Source: Catajapyx aquilonaris (lineage: Eukaryota). From it: 36,986 nucleotides of DNA. The notes under the pieces are model-generated. The model was given only the letters and a program-made list of their open reading frames with translations. It was not told where the DNA came from and ran no database searches. The translations under genes were made by a program, and so were the position numbers. The first letter of the stretch is position 1; every line of letters starts with the position of its first letter. The DNA lies in NCBI GenBank assembly GCA_000934665.2, contig KZ539001.1, forward strand, positions 1 to 36,986, in the 5' to 3' direction. Positions 22,042-34,221 of the stretch are shown in pieces.

Positions 22042-23156
22042 CAAAGTAACTTTTCTTACCCTCGTGGATTTTGATAATTTTTATAAATTAAATTCTGCTT
22101 GGCCTGTAGTGTTGGGAAAACATCACCTCAGCTGCTAAATTCCACGTTAGCAGGGTGAACTAAAGGCGATGTTCCGTAAGCCACAACACCAGCGTTCGGT
22201 CGCGAGGCGCTTTCCAGGCTGCCCGGTCACGCTCGTCCCGGCTGCCCGGTCGCGGTCGGATTTCACCGCGTCTGCAGCTCTCTCCGGTGCCACTAAGGAG
22301 AAGGGTCATCTCGCACGCTTTGCAGTCGAAGGCGATTATAATAATGGAGAGCCAGGACAGGGGGCATAATACTACATAAGAGGCGCAAACATTCGATTCG
22401 CCTGTCTCTGTTTGATGGGGCCAACCATGGGGTCAACATTGGGCCAACGGTGGCGGCCATTTTGAAGAGATGCCAACGAGGTGTAAATAGGGTACAGGCA
22501 GGCCAAAGCTTCGCCATCTTTGATTGTTTTGGCGGCGGCCATGGCACTTCACGGCAAGAACACGGGCGAATTTGAATATTTTTGCCGTACTTACGGAATT
22601 AATACGTAGAAAAGTGCATTAAATTAGCTCATACGGCAAAAAGATTCAAATTCAGCCGCCAAAACCATCAAAGATGGCAGACCTTTGGCCTTCCTGTACC
22701 CTATATTTACACCTCGTTGGCCTCTCTTCAAAATGGCCGCCACCGTTGGCCCCATCAAACAGAGACAGGCGAATCGAATGTTTGCGCCTCTTATGTAGTA
22801 TTGTGCCCCCTGTCCTGGCTCTCCATTATTATAATCGCCTTCGACTGCAAAGCGTGCGAAATGACCCTTCTCCTTAGTGGCACCGGAGAGAGCTGCAGAC
22901 GCGGTGAAAGCCGACCGCGACCGGGCAGCCGGGACGAGCGTGACCGGGCCGGGACGAGCGTGACCGGGCAGCCTGGAAAGCGCCTCGCGACCGAACGCTG
23001 GTGTTGTGGCTTACGGAACATCGCCTTTAGGCTGGATTTTCACCCTGCTAACGTGGAATTTAGCAGCTGAGGTGATGTTTTCCCAACACTACAGGCCAAG
23101 CAGAATTTAATTTATAAAAATTATCAAAATCCACGAGGGTAAGAAAAGTTACTTTG
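22042..23156. mobile_element. 1.1-kb foldback element (two ~530-550-bp inverted arms, 42-bp spacer) in ZF3 intron
   Basis: 22042-22589 versus 22632-23156 are reverse complements with few substitutions and small indels. Terminus CAAAGTAAC; no clear TSD. Confidence 0.9.
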
Positions 23157-23709
23157 TTTGTGAGACAGCTACAGACTGTTTAAAACTTGAATGTGTCCAC
23201 TACAAGAAGGATTTGTTGGGCTGTATTGAAGGCAAAGGTGGTCAAATATCATAGTAATTAAGAAATTGTAGTGTACACTAACAACTAACAAGTGTATTTC
23301 CATTATCCGACCCATACCACACAGGTATATGTATAGAACTTCAGTACCCAGTAAAGTAAATATCTTTAACTGCTTTCGTTTGCAAATGAAAAGGGAGGGG
23401 TACTTTTCGAAAATGGCAGGTGGGGGGTGTCATTCGAATTTTGTTTACGCCCCTCCTCTTGTGACCTTTGAAAAATCCCCATACCTAGACGAATGTACAT
23501 CGACAGAGCTTCAAAACTCAGTGAAAGTCATATAGTATGTAACTTTTCCAATGCCAAATTATGAATAAAACAGACACGAAACTTTCAACCTCCTTTAGCA
23601 GGTGTCCCTATTATTTTGTCCAACCTCTGTTAGGCTCAAACGCCGAAAACGCTCATTGAGCGAAAAAGCGACAATTTCGCGAAATGGTCCCTTTCAAACC
23701 TCTCATAGA

Positions 23710-24300
23710 TTCATTTTGTCTGAAATTTGTTTTTGGCCCGGAAGCAGTCAAAAAAACCAGGATCCTCGAATACTGTATAGGGGTCATTTCGAATCAAGTG
23801 GGCCAAAATGTTGCTAGACCATCTCGGATTTTTCTGAAATGCAACGCACATTTTTTTGGTTATATTTGTGAGGAAAACCAAATCCATAGGCGGATTCGAC
23901 TCGTCCTTCTTTCTCATTTGATGTATATTATGTTTGTTGGGTTTTGACAACTGGGAAGCACTAACTGGGAAAATTCTCCAAAAATTGCCTCATTTTCAGC
24001 CCTTTCCAAAATTTCACAATCCCCCCCCCCCCCCCCCCCNACGGTATTGCGCAATATGGCTGAAACTTGATATTCTGCGTTATGGCATAGTGATGTACAA
24101 CTGTACACCTCTATGATATTTTTCAGCAAAAACCGAGATATTCTAACAACATTTCGGTCACTTGATTCGGAATGACCTCTATATTTCGAGGATTTTGGTT
24201 TTTTGACGGCCCCCAGGCCAAACACAAATTCATGACAAAATGGATGTCCATTTCGAGTTTCCAGTGACCTAAGGAACATGGAAACAACGATGAATTTCCA
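23710..24300. repeat. Dispersed DNA-element-like repeat with degenerate inverted copies
   Basis: 23710-23840 is inverted relative to 24120-24245 (GAATCAAGTG core). Related pieces at ~26965-27040 and ~32860-33130. Confidence 0.7.
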
Positions 24301-24523
24301 TTGACAAAAATTGGGTTGCATAATATTGTGTTCTCCTCGCACAAATTGCGAAACTTGAAGGCAGTTGCGTTGCGGGGAATGAAGAACAAGAGTATCTATT
24401 TTGCAGAAAATTTATTTAAAGGTTCACCAGTCAATGCACAACCTTTGACACCTACTTCCTTTTAATCTGACAAATTTCATTTTTTATCCCCGCTCCACCC
24501 TAATATCCAATGCTGCTTCTCAC

Positions 24524-24619
24524 CTGGTTTTGCCTGGCTGTGTCTCCAATTCCATCGTCTGCCTCCTCTTCCCTGGATGGACCAGTATCATTACCGACGA
24601 GGGGGTAATCATCACTCGC
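24524..24619 (-). CDS. ZF3 putative mini-exon 2 (32 aa)
   Basis: TTTACAG| acceptor, CAG|GTGAGA donor, 96 nt; preceded by a 78-nt GT-AG spacer. Confidence 0.6.
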
Positions 24620-24697
24620 CTGTAAAGTGTAAAACCGCTGGTTGTTACACCACTTTTGGCATGTGAACAGTCGGGTCAAAATAATGCTGCTTCTCAC

Positions 24698-24952
24698 CTG
24701 GTTTTGCCTGGCTGTGGCTCCACTTCCATCGTCTGCCTCCTCCTCCCAGGTTGGACCAGTGTCATTACCGAGGGGGTAATCAACACTCGGCTGTAAAGTG
24801 TGCACTGGGGTTACGCATGCAAGGGGTACCAGGCAGTACGTAGGGGGTACCAGGGGATGCCATGTTGCACCACTAGGGAGTACCAGTGCCGGTGTAAGCT
24901 GATGAAGCACAGGAGGGGTGACCCCCTCGTCGGTCATTCCGTTCCTGTCCAT
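24698..24952 (-). CDS. ZF3 first coding exon
   Basis: ATG at 24952 (MDRNGMTDEGV...) or 24937; upstream in-frame TAG; donor CAG|GTGAGA at 24697. Confidence 0.65.
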
Positions 24953-25615
24953 AGTTGCTCTGCTCCTATTCCCCCACTTCAACCAGTCTGCTGACCTCTA
25001 TGGCACCCCCTCGTCTTCTTCCCAAACATCCGTTGTCCTCCTCTGGCTCCGCCTTGACCTCTATCCACCTGGACTGTGTGCCAGCACTGCAGATGAAGCT
25101 CCTCGTTGATTAAACTCTTCTCCGAGCAGTGGGTGCACCTCACATGTCTATAGATCTGCACTTTTGGGGGTGAGATGTGTCACTAGACTGCTTGAGTGCT
25201 TGAATGCTTGGACCTTGGTTCGACTGGCCGTCATGGCGGGGCAGGTCATGGCGTGGGCAAAACCACTCCCTCCCTCCTGCCCACCTCCCCCCCAAAAGAG
25301 AAAGGCACGTGGTGTCTGGAGGCTTATTTTCGTGCAACCGAGCGGCTCGGCTAACCGAACGATGACGTTAACCGAGGGGAGGGGGCGTGGCAACGAGATC
25401 GGTGGAAACTGGAAAGGTTCTCGTTCGTATCGTATGCTTCGGCAACATCGCCTAGACCGAGTCCTTTTGAGCCGAGGGGCCCCGATTTGGGATAATACGA
25501 ACGAGGAATCGGCTAAGGACCAATCACCGGTGGGATGATGCGCGCGCCACTTATTAGTGGAGAGTTGGGAGTATGTTACACTCCGCTCAAATTTCAAACA
25601 AGGCCGCCATCTCTA

Positions 25616-25925
25616 AAGGCCACCCCGCAGCCCTTTCGCTATTTAATTCTCCCGTTAATTAACCCGCGATTATTTAAGACGAATACGCACATCCCCGGTA
25701 TCGTCGGAACCTCCCCTCAACCACGAGGGCATTGTCACGCCCGGGAGACCCCGGGTTTGGCCGAAAGTACTATGAAAAGGTCACCCCGCAGCCCTTTCGC
25801 TACTTAATTATTCCGTTAATTAACCCGCTATTATTTAAGACGAATACGCACATCCCCGGAATCGTCGGAACCTCCCCTCGATGACGAGGGCACTGTCACA
25901 CCCGGGAGACCCCGGGTTTGGCCGA
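25616..25925. repeat. Tandem duplication, ~161-bp period, two copies
   Basis: AAGG(C/T)CACCCCGCAGCCCTTTCGCTA...GGGAGACCCCGGGTTTGGCCGA at 25616 and 25777. Confidence 0.9.
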
Positions 25926-26029
25926 TTTTTAGAGGCAACCCTGCACGTGTGTCCCGTACGGCCCAAAGGGGGGGAAAAAGCAGTTCGGCAGCCTTTCAAC
26001 CGAGTTCGGCGGGTTGAGAGCAACCGAGT

Positions 26030-26250
26030 AAGGTACGAAAGGGAAGCGCTACATTAGGGGACCCAACATGGTCGCCGGCGGCCATGTTGGGCCCGCATGT
26101 AGTGCTTCCCTTTCGTACCTATAAAGTTCAGCCTAGTCCGGTAGGGTCGCCACTTACTTGGGCTCCGAAATGTCTCATCGCGCTCTCAGGTGAGCACCCC
26201 CTGCAAAATGCCTCGGCAGGAGATAACATCAGAATTTAGTATAAGTGTCC
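26030..26250. repeat. Second copy of the 18650-18930 foldback family, with central hairpin
   Basis: AGGTACGAAAGGGAAGCGCTACAT...ATGTAGTGCTTCCCTTTCGTACCT, then TAAAGTTCAGCCTAGTCCGGTAGGGTCGCCAC... ending TATAAGTGTCC. Confidence 0.85.
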
Positions 26251-26463
26251 CCAACCTTCCTTACTAGGACTCCATATCTGGGAGCCTTCCTTCCCATCTT
26301 CCTATCCTCACAAGTGAATCTGTGGAGTAGTGAAGGATAGGTTGAGAGGAGGATGGGGTGTGAGAGGAACCCATCTCCTTTGAAATCGTTGGGTTTTTCC
26401 CCAAAGGCCCTGATAATTTAATTTAAACAAATTCCTCATTATAATATTTATTTTCCAAATTCA

Positions 26464-26466
26464 ATA

Positions 26467-26552
<86 letters not shown>
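26464..26552. repeat. (TA)n microsatellite
   Basis: Direct reading. Confidence 0.98.
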
Positions 26553-26556
<4 letters not shown>

Positions 26557-28073
26557 AAATGTGTGATGAATGCTATCACATAACATACGAATATTTCATT
26601 ACCTGCGATGTATAGGCTATGGCGCTATGCTCTAATAATAGTATGTGCAAAAATGGGAAAACTACTCATCAATTCTGGATGTCACTGTCATTACCATATT
26701 TCTTGTGTCTCCATATTTTCCCTGGAGTCGCAGGTTTTTAAAATTAATTTAAAGTGACTTCTGATCACGACCAATAATTACTTTTACTAGTAATGTACAG
26801 TACTACCCTAATGCAAAATATGGAGAGTGATCACCACTTGTACTGTAATTATTACACCACGCAACACGACTTTGTCAATGGAATTTTGTCGCTATTTCCA
26901 TGTCCCTTAGGTCACTCGTAACCAACAATGACCATTAATTTTGTATGGCTTTGGTTTTTTTGACATTGGGGCAGTAAAAAAAACAAAATGTCCGAAATAT
27001 AGGGGTCTTTCCGAATCAAGTGGGCAGAAATATTGCCAAGGGATTGGGCAGGCCACGGGGTAGCAGATAAGGAGGGTCAGTCCTAATCTACACACCTCGG
27101 GCTTGTAGCATTTGGGGAACCGGACCTTCTAAAATAATTTTTGCTGAGCTCTGTGATGGTTTTGTTTCCTTCTTCCTGTGGCTCTCCTGAAATATGCCTT
27201 GCTGATCAAAAATCCATGGCAGTTTATTCGTGCACCATTAATTCTTTATTTCATGTGACAGAGTACATTTCTGTGTATGTACTGTACATTTACGTAGACC
27301 TATAAACTGACTGTAAATACCCCCAAAATAGAATATTGTAGAAAGCTGAATTAACCATTGTGGGGGTTTATCAATAGGCACAAAAGAAAGGGGGATTAAT
27401 ATAGTGTCCAATAAAGGCAGACACAACCGTGAACATGAAGTCACAGATGCACAATAATTTTAATCCACATAACATGTTGAGTACAAATATCATTATTAAA
27501 TGTCAAAAACAACTCGCAGTTAAAATATTAAAATAAATTGAAAATATTATTCAAATCACTTAGGTTTCCCAGTGCAAGAAAGTAATACTTGCGTTTCTAG
27601 TGGGGATCATATATTTTTACAGTGCCCAGTGAATCTCCCATACTATCCGCTACACAATGTATTGTGCAGATCCAATACCAGACTATAGTCAGTTGGTCAT
27701 TCAACATTCTTGCTCAACCCTCAACTTCTTGCGTATTTTTTTATTTCCCTTCCCCACATGTTACAGAGTTACACCACTCTCCACATCCTGCCACATATTA
27801 TCAACCACTCCGCAAGAGTAGTGCCTACTACTTTCTTTACATCTAAACTGCTCTGCATAAACTTAAAAAGCCGTACCTATTTTGCCCACAATACAATATT
27901 AGTTAGAATATTAGGCAGCAAGATATTCGACCAGTGGCAGGATTGGGTCATGTTGTGTTACCCAGTTACTGTATGAGTATCATTCTACTTATTGTACCCG
28001 ACAAGGCATGACTGTTAAGATAGCTTGACTAATGTACACAGCATCTCTGTGAATGGGGTCTAAAACACCGAAA

Positions 28074-28364
28074 TCACGTCTTTCTTGTGTGTATTTTTTC
28101 ATGCTTTTTCAAACCTCCCGAGTGAGCAAACATTTTATTGCAAATATGGCAACTGAATGGTTTCTGTTGTGTGTGTAATAACTTCTCTGCTGTGCGGGTC
28201 CTCGAGTCTGTAGTCAGAGGGTAATGAATTCTCACGTGACTCATAAACTCATTCCAGGAACTAAATGACCTATTGCAAATCTGGCAAGCATGTCCCCAGA
28301 GTTCAATCCCTATGTCTATGGCCTCCTGGATTCGATTCATCATGCTCCTTTCAGCGCATTCGGC
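28074..28364 (-). CDS. ZF4 terminal exon, two C2H2 fingers (first-type and last-type of the family array)
   Basis: Acceptor TTTCAG|GCCGAA at 28365, phase 0; CQICNRSFSSWNEFMSHVRIH and CHICNKMFAHSGGLKKHEKIH. Confidence 0.8.
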   Translation of the reverse strand, partial: AECAERSMMNRIQEAIDIGIELWGHACQICNRSFSSWNEFMSHVRIHYPLTTDSRTRTAEKLLHTQQKPFSCHICNKMFAHSGGLKKHEKIHTRKT

Positions 28365-28845
28365 CTGAAATGAGGAAAAAGGGGCTGATTAAATTTACGA
28401 TGTAAATGCAGGTTTATTGAAGGGATAATGTTGGGACTAGGTATGCTTGCCATGCAATAACTATCATTACTAGCACAAGGCGTGGGTCAACGAACGTTAT
28501 TGTGGCTTTGCCAAGAGCCAAGATCAGATGGTGTAATGCGCAGAATTCAGTTTCTTAATGGCCCCAACAAATAATAACTAAGTGAGTTGATGCAAATGGG
28601 AAGATTCGGACATTTCACACTGGGTTTGTGGGTGTGAACCCCCCCCCCCCNNNNNNNNNNNCCCCCCCCTTCCTTTCCCTTTCTTTTCCCCCCCCCCCCC
28701 CCCCCCCGACTTGGTCCAATACAATTTTTGGCACCAAAACGGGATGCCGGAGAAGATCCTTCAAGTCTGCTGAAACTTTGGCATTTTACTCTTGGCACCA
28801 GAGTTTATCATAATTTATGTGAACATGTACAATCTGCTATCTCAC

Positions 28846-29253
28846 CTGGTTTTGCCTGCCTGTGTCTCCACTTCCACCGTCCTCTCCATCCTCCCTGGCT
28901 GGACCAGTATCAGCCTCTTGCGTCCCTTTGCCCTCTTCCTCCTCTTCCGCTGCACCGGTGTGATCACCTTCCTGGCTGCAGTTGCCCTCTTCCTCTTCCT
29001 CCTCCTCCTCCTCCTCCTCCTCCCTTGGCTCCTCCTTGACCTTCAGACCCCATCTAAATCCTTCCCAACCTATCTTGTCCATCTCCTCCTTGGTGAAGGT
29101 GATTGTGGCCCTCACCTCCTGTTCCTCCTCCTCTGGCTCCACCTTGACCCTGTCCCATTTGGAGTGGGTGGTGCTGTGTACAAACAGGTCCATCTTCCTG
29201 GTGAACACCTTGTCTGGGCAGCAGGGGCACTGGAATCTGCCCAATTTCATCAT
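28846..29253 (-). CDS. ZF4 first coding exon: solitary C2H2-like finger + KVEPEE/KEEP motifs + poly-Glu
   Basis: MMKLGRFQCPCCPDKVFTRKMDLFVHSTTH..VKVEPEEE..DTGPAREDGEDGGSGDTGRQNQ. Donor CAG|GTGAGA at 28845; predicted spliced product 232 aa. Confidence 0.8.
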
Positions 29254-30179
29254 GTTGCTCTCTGGGGGATGGGTCTCTCCTCTGTCCGCTGTTCACTCAA
29301 CTGCTGTACCACCCTGGAACTGGAGACCCTAATAAGACGAGTCCAATGTGGTTCTCCTTCATGCCCAACCCCAAACCAGACCATCGCGCATCTCACTGCA
29401 AGATGGTGGACCCTTGCCCAGAGACTCCATACCTGAACTTGGCGGTGGTGAACTCTCTCACTGAATGAGGGACAGAGGCATAATGTCCAACTCTCCAGAC
29501 TGGCGACTGCCCGTGCCCCCCTCAACGCACCATGAGGGAGACCCCGAAAAAATCTTCTCCCCCACTCCACCTCCTCCTTCGCACAGAGAAGTGGAATTTT
29601 CTGAAAACTCGGCAACGAGGCTTCAGGCAGGAAAGAGGTCTGGTGGGGCCTGGCCTCCCCAATGCTATTATCAGCTGATTATCAGTTCTATTATTGTCTA
29701 TGATCCAGCCAGGTATATGCTTGGTTCTTGTCTTACCCCCCTTCCAATATATTGCAAGCGATGGGTAATGCTCTTTATCTTTCTTTCTTAATGAGTAATT
29801 ACAGTAATTAATATTCAATGCATTCTTTGTAGTTGGAATTTCCAGTACCTACATCGCACTGGCATTTGGGGCTGATCGCAAATTACAGAAAGTTGATAAT
29901 TTTATGACAAAAGGTAATCAACAAAGGTGAGGTATGCACAACAAAGAAAGAAAGAATTTGAAAAGTATAGTCGCAGCAACAACGGAAGTTCCAGGGGCGA
30001 GGTTAGATAACGGCCACAACATGGGGGGAGGGGGGGGGGGAACTCCCGTTGATAACGTGGAAGTAGAAACACCACTGGAGCTTTATATCAGTGGGACATT
30101 ATAATCGAATTTCCATTAGCTTGACTGAAAGTGCAAAATATCATAACCATTTACTTCAGAATTTAGGTACTGTACCTCA

Positions 30180-31600
30180 TTAGGTGCCTTGAATTTTTGA
30201 GTCCAGTGGTCCAAATCGCATTGCATCATTTGCAAGATGTATCAGGGAATGCTCATTGTACGCCAGCATTTCAGGAGAATACAATATTTTACAAAGCCCG
30301 ACAAATTTTTTGAGTAAAGTCCCAGCATACCGGCACATCTGCATATCTAATTTCGGCTGTGCAAGTATGTATATCGATACTGATTGCAGCAGAAAGTGCC
30401 GATACAAATGTGCTGGCAACACTGAAAGTAAAACCCACATACAACAGCATCCATCGATCCACAAAATAATTTCAAGGTCCTTTGTCTTCGTCCAAAATCA
30501 CTTGGAATGAATTGCACCATACTTTCAAGCAACTGTGACAAAGTTGTACTTGCTGCAGCACACAGCATCCGCACTTGCAATTCCCCCCTCAACCAGGTTT
30601 TCATTAGTCGCCTCATCACCCCCAATAGAATGATATGCATATAATCTTGACTTCTAGAGGGAATTGCGTCAAGGGAGATATTTTATCATGATGTTATTCA
30701 TTTTTCTGACATTGATGAGCCAGAAAACTTTAGTCCGTTGGCAACTGTGCATGTAAATTGCTAAATATCGTACGTCCAAGAGACGAACCCTCAACATTAC
30801 ATTTTTCACACCCAAACCAACTATTGTGAGATTTAATTCCCTTAATAAAGGCACGCGCTGGTGCATCACACACAAAGAAGCACTTAGTGACATAATTATG
30901 GTACGTATGTGACAGTTCCTACAGATACCGCATTTGCAATTAAGTTACCTTCATCTCAGTCACAAACTCTTCCAAGTATTCATATTTTATATTCTGCGGT
31001 TTGCTGTACACACAATAACCCCATGCCACAAAAGGAGTAATACTTTTGGATTCATTTACGATATACACGACCGTATATAGGCCAGAATTGTGTATTTGAA
31101 CTTTTTGATATGGGAATGCCATGTATATTTATGCTTAAAGACAATTCAGTTTTGTGCTGGTCAATTACTCTCCTTTTGATAGCACAAATAATCCCATAAG
31201 TGATACCCAAATAAAATGATTTTCCACCAGCAACGAGCCTGACTTCTGAATCAGAAATGACTGAATAAGGACAACGCATCAGTGTTCGTGGATCTTTGGG
31301 CAAATCATTCGCCTGGCCATGTATTCTCAATACTCTCAGTAAATCTCTCTGAGAAGTCACTGTCACTTTATGCTTCACAAACAGCTGCTGATGAAGATCA
31401 GTTGCAAGTGCAAGCTCCACATTTGTTGCAGGCTATTTGAAAATTGTTTGGCTGCCACACCATCTATATCTGCATGACTGTTATGTTCACTAGTTCCACT
31501 TTCTGACATGACACTGACCTGATCCTCTTGCTCACTTTCACAACTCCTGTCACTTGTGAACTGAATTGCATTTCTGGTGCTGACTGCATCATTGGAATTA
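30180..31600 (-). mobile_element. Decayed CACTA/EnSpm-like (CMC) transposase
   Basis: Ordered motifs LPKDPRTLM; LSINIHGIPISKSSNTQFWPI; SKP..YLEEFVTE; FVCDAPARAFIK..CEKC; YMHIILLGVMRRL..W; IPSDFGR; YNEHSLIHLANDAMRFGPLD. Several frameshifts. Confidence 0.85.
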
Positions 31601-31849
31601 GTGGGCATTTACATTTACAGGGGAATGGTTGTCCGTCTTTGACCTCTTAAAACTCTGCGCAATTGACATAAGGTCTTCTGACACTTGTTTCTGATCAGCG
31701 CGGTATTGATAACGTCCCTTTTTTAGACATTGTCAGGCCTACGGCTGGCACGAGAAGCAGCTTGCATCTGAAAACACAATAATTGAGAACAACAGGTACA
31801 TGAAAAGGTGTCGTCATTATTAATACCAAGAATAGATCCAAATAATATT

Positions 31850-32500
31850 ACCAATAATCGCCTACGCTCCCTTCTGTCGGAAGTCCCCTTTATCCACGTG
31901 CCACTGGCAGACAGGATCTGCTTCTCGGTGATAGTATCATCTTTTGCAGATACTGCAACTGCTTCTGGAAAGACAATCATCAACAACAACTGCATGTCGG
32001 CATATGAAAATACTGTACACTTACCCCTAATGGCTCGGAAGAAGTATGCATTTCATAATGAAAATTTATCACGCAGCTCAGTCAAATTCATAACCTTTGC
32101 TACTTCATCTGTCACCGTTCGTGCCAATATATTTCCTGTTGCGTTTGGTATGCTGTCGCCACCAAATGTAGCCAGATATGACAACTGAAAAGTTCACATA
32201 TAGTTATTGCCTCTACAAGGTCCTAATAAAGTCTCTTCCACAGTGAAATATGTATCATGGTACTTACTAAACTTTGATGGTCGCTGTCTCGAAGGCTTCT
32301 GCATGACACATTGATTCCTCCAACTGCGCCCTTGATTTACATGGCAGATTCACGCACACATCAGGAATAATGTTGGCTGATGGAAGAGTATGGCTTTGCA
32401 GGGTTTTCATTATAATGTGCATCATTGACTTGCACTGTGCTGTGTCTGTTTGGATGAGGGCCAATCGCCTGAGAACTTTCCTCAGTACAGCTAAAAACAA
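31850..32500 (-). pseudogene. Accessory-gene remnant upstream of the transposase, resembling DUF4806-type proteins
   Basis: Fragments LRKVLRRLALIQ; YLATFGGDSIPNATGNILART..; WIKGTSDRRERRR. Probable small intron ~32186-32267; internal stop. Domain name is from pattern recall only. Confidence 0.5.
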
Positions 32501-33946
32501 ATTAAAGGAACATGAAATAATAAATTATACTGGTTACTTGGGCACATAAAACTGCCTAAGTTGATATTGATTGAAATTCCAGGAATGGGATGTCTACCCC
32601 AGCATGCACACACAATATTTTAAAACATATTGCGATACAGGTTGCCTCCTCTTCTTTAATGACGATTTATATGGAGATTTTAGACATTTACAGCATCAGA
32701 GTGGAAGAATTACCCATTCTCAAGAAGATTTAAATAATTGAATATTGCGATTAATATAAAGGGAACTGACATTGTCTCCCCATACAATACCACACTGATG
32801 GTTATGGAAAAATTTCACAGCACTATACATAAGGGTATATACAAGAAATAACTGCATACTAAAACACTTCTCACGGTATTTCGCAATTTGATGAATCTTG
32901 ATATGCACTGTTATGGCATATGCGTGTACAGCTGAGATTTTTAAAGCAAAATCCGAGATGGTATAACAACATACTGTATTGGCCCGTTTGGTTGGGGAAA
33001 ACCCATATATATTTGAGGATTCTGGTTTTTTGACTGCCCCGAGGTCAAAAACAAATCGAAGACAAAATGAATGGCCACTATGAGTTACGAGTGACCTAAG
33101 GAACACGACAATGGCGATGAATTTCCATGCACCAAGTAATATATAATAATAATAATAATGGTGATATTTAAGTTTCAAATATATCATTAGATAGAGAAAG
33201 ATTTGTACTATCCAGGGTTTACAGGGATGTTTTCGGCCTCAGGTAAGTGGCAGATAAAAAATAATTTTTCGGCATAACGTCGGCAACTCCTTTCCGCCTT
33301 CTTTTTATGACAAAAGATCACACCGTGATAGGAAAACAACTCGGACACCTCCTTACGTGGATTTAACAAGCTTTAGAACAATATTATATAAGATAATATT
33401 TTTGCATCATCAGTCTAGAAATTGTTTCCAGTCAAACACAGGGCTATTTGGATAGTATTCGGGTGGTGTATTGAAATAATTAATGAGCGGGGGTGTGCAC
33501 TGACACCAACAGAAATCATGTTGCTATGGAGAAAATGACCTAATTTTAATTTTGTTTTGAAGTTAGATTTCCCCTGAGTGCACCTGTCAACGCCTTTCTC
33601 ATTATCCCCACAAATGTCACAAACCATAATCGAGGTGGCAGTCCCTGTTATAGAGAAAGTTAAATGTTTACATCGCAGGTCCAATCCCCAATCAAAATAA
33701 TATGCAGGAAACTCCGAATCTCAATCTACACTCGGCGCATATACCACCTATTGACATGTAACAGAGCACCAATAAGAGTCAAGACAGTAACTATCCCCTT
33801 CAGTTACACCACCGAAAATAGACGGCTAGCAAGCCTCACCTTTTTCACATGAAATTGTTGCACACAGCTATACCTCCAGACACCTCCGCGCTGCAGAAGA
33901 AATCTGGCTGGCAAGTTGATGCTGATGGTGAAGTCACCGAATGAAC

Positions 33947-34221
33947 TGCCAGCAGTGCAGATGAAGCTTGTTGATACTCTTCCCCTAGCAGTGGGCGAAC
34001 CTTACATGTGGGCTGACAGCCTATAGTCTACAGTCTATAGATCTGCACTTTTGGTGATGAGATGTATCAGTATCACTGAAGGTCTGAAGCAGTTAGCAGA
34101 CTGCTTGAGTGCCTGCTTCGACTGGTCGCCATGGGCTGGGCAAATGCCCTTCCTCCTTCCTCCTCCCCACCTCCAAAAATGAGAAAGTGTCCCCCCCCTT
34201 TCCAATAGCAGGCTCCACATT
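33947..34221 (-). pseudogene. Orphan 5' fragment of a further ZF paralogue
   Basis: Matches upstream blocks of ZF1 (4255-4545), ZF2 (13465-13727) and ZF3 (25078-25305), e.g. AGATCTGCACTTTTGGTGATGAGAT. No acidic or finger exon of its own follows. Confidence 0.7.

Noticed and set aside
22169..23070. Paired ORFs on opposite strands (MFRKPQHQ...)
   Set aside because: An artefact of the foldback arms; indels between the arms break the frames.
29433..29600. Possible extra upstream exon of ZF4 (TTTTCAG at ~29601, CAG|GTATG at ~29432)
   Set aside because: No paralogue support and no clear downstream acceptor; in-frame stops at 29293 and 29329. It cannot be supported without RNA data.
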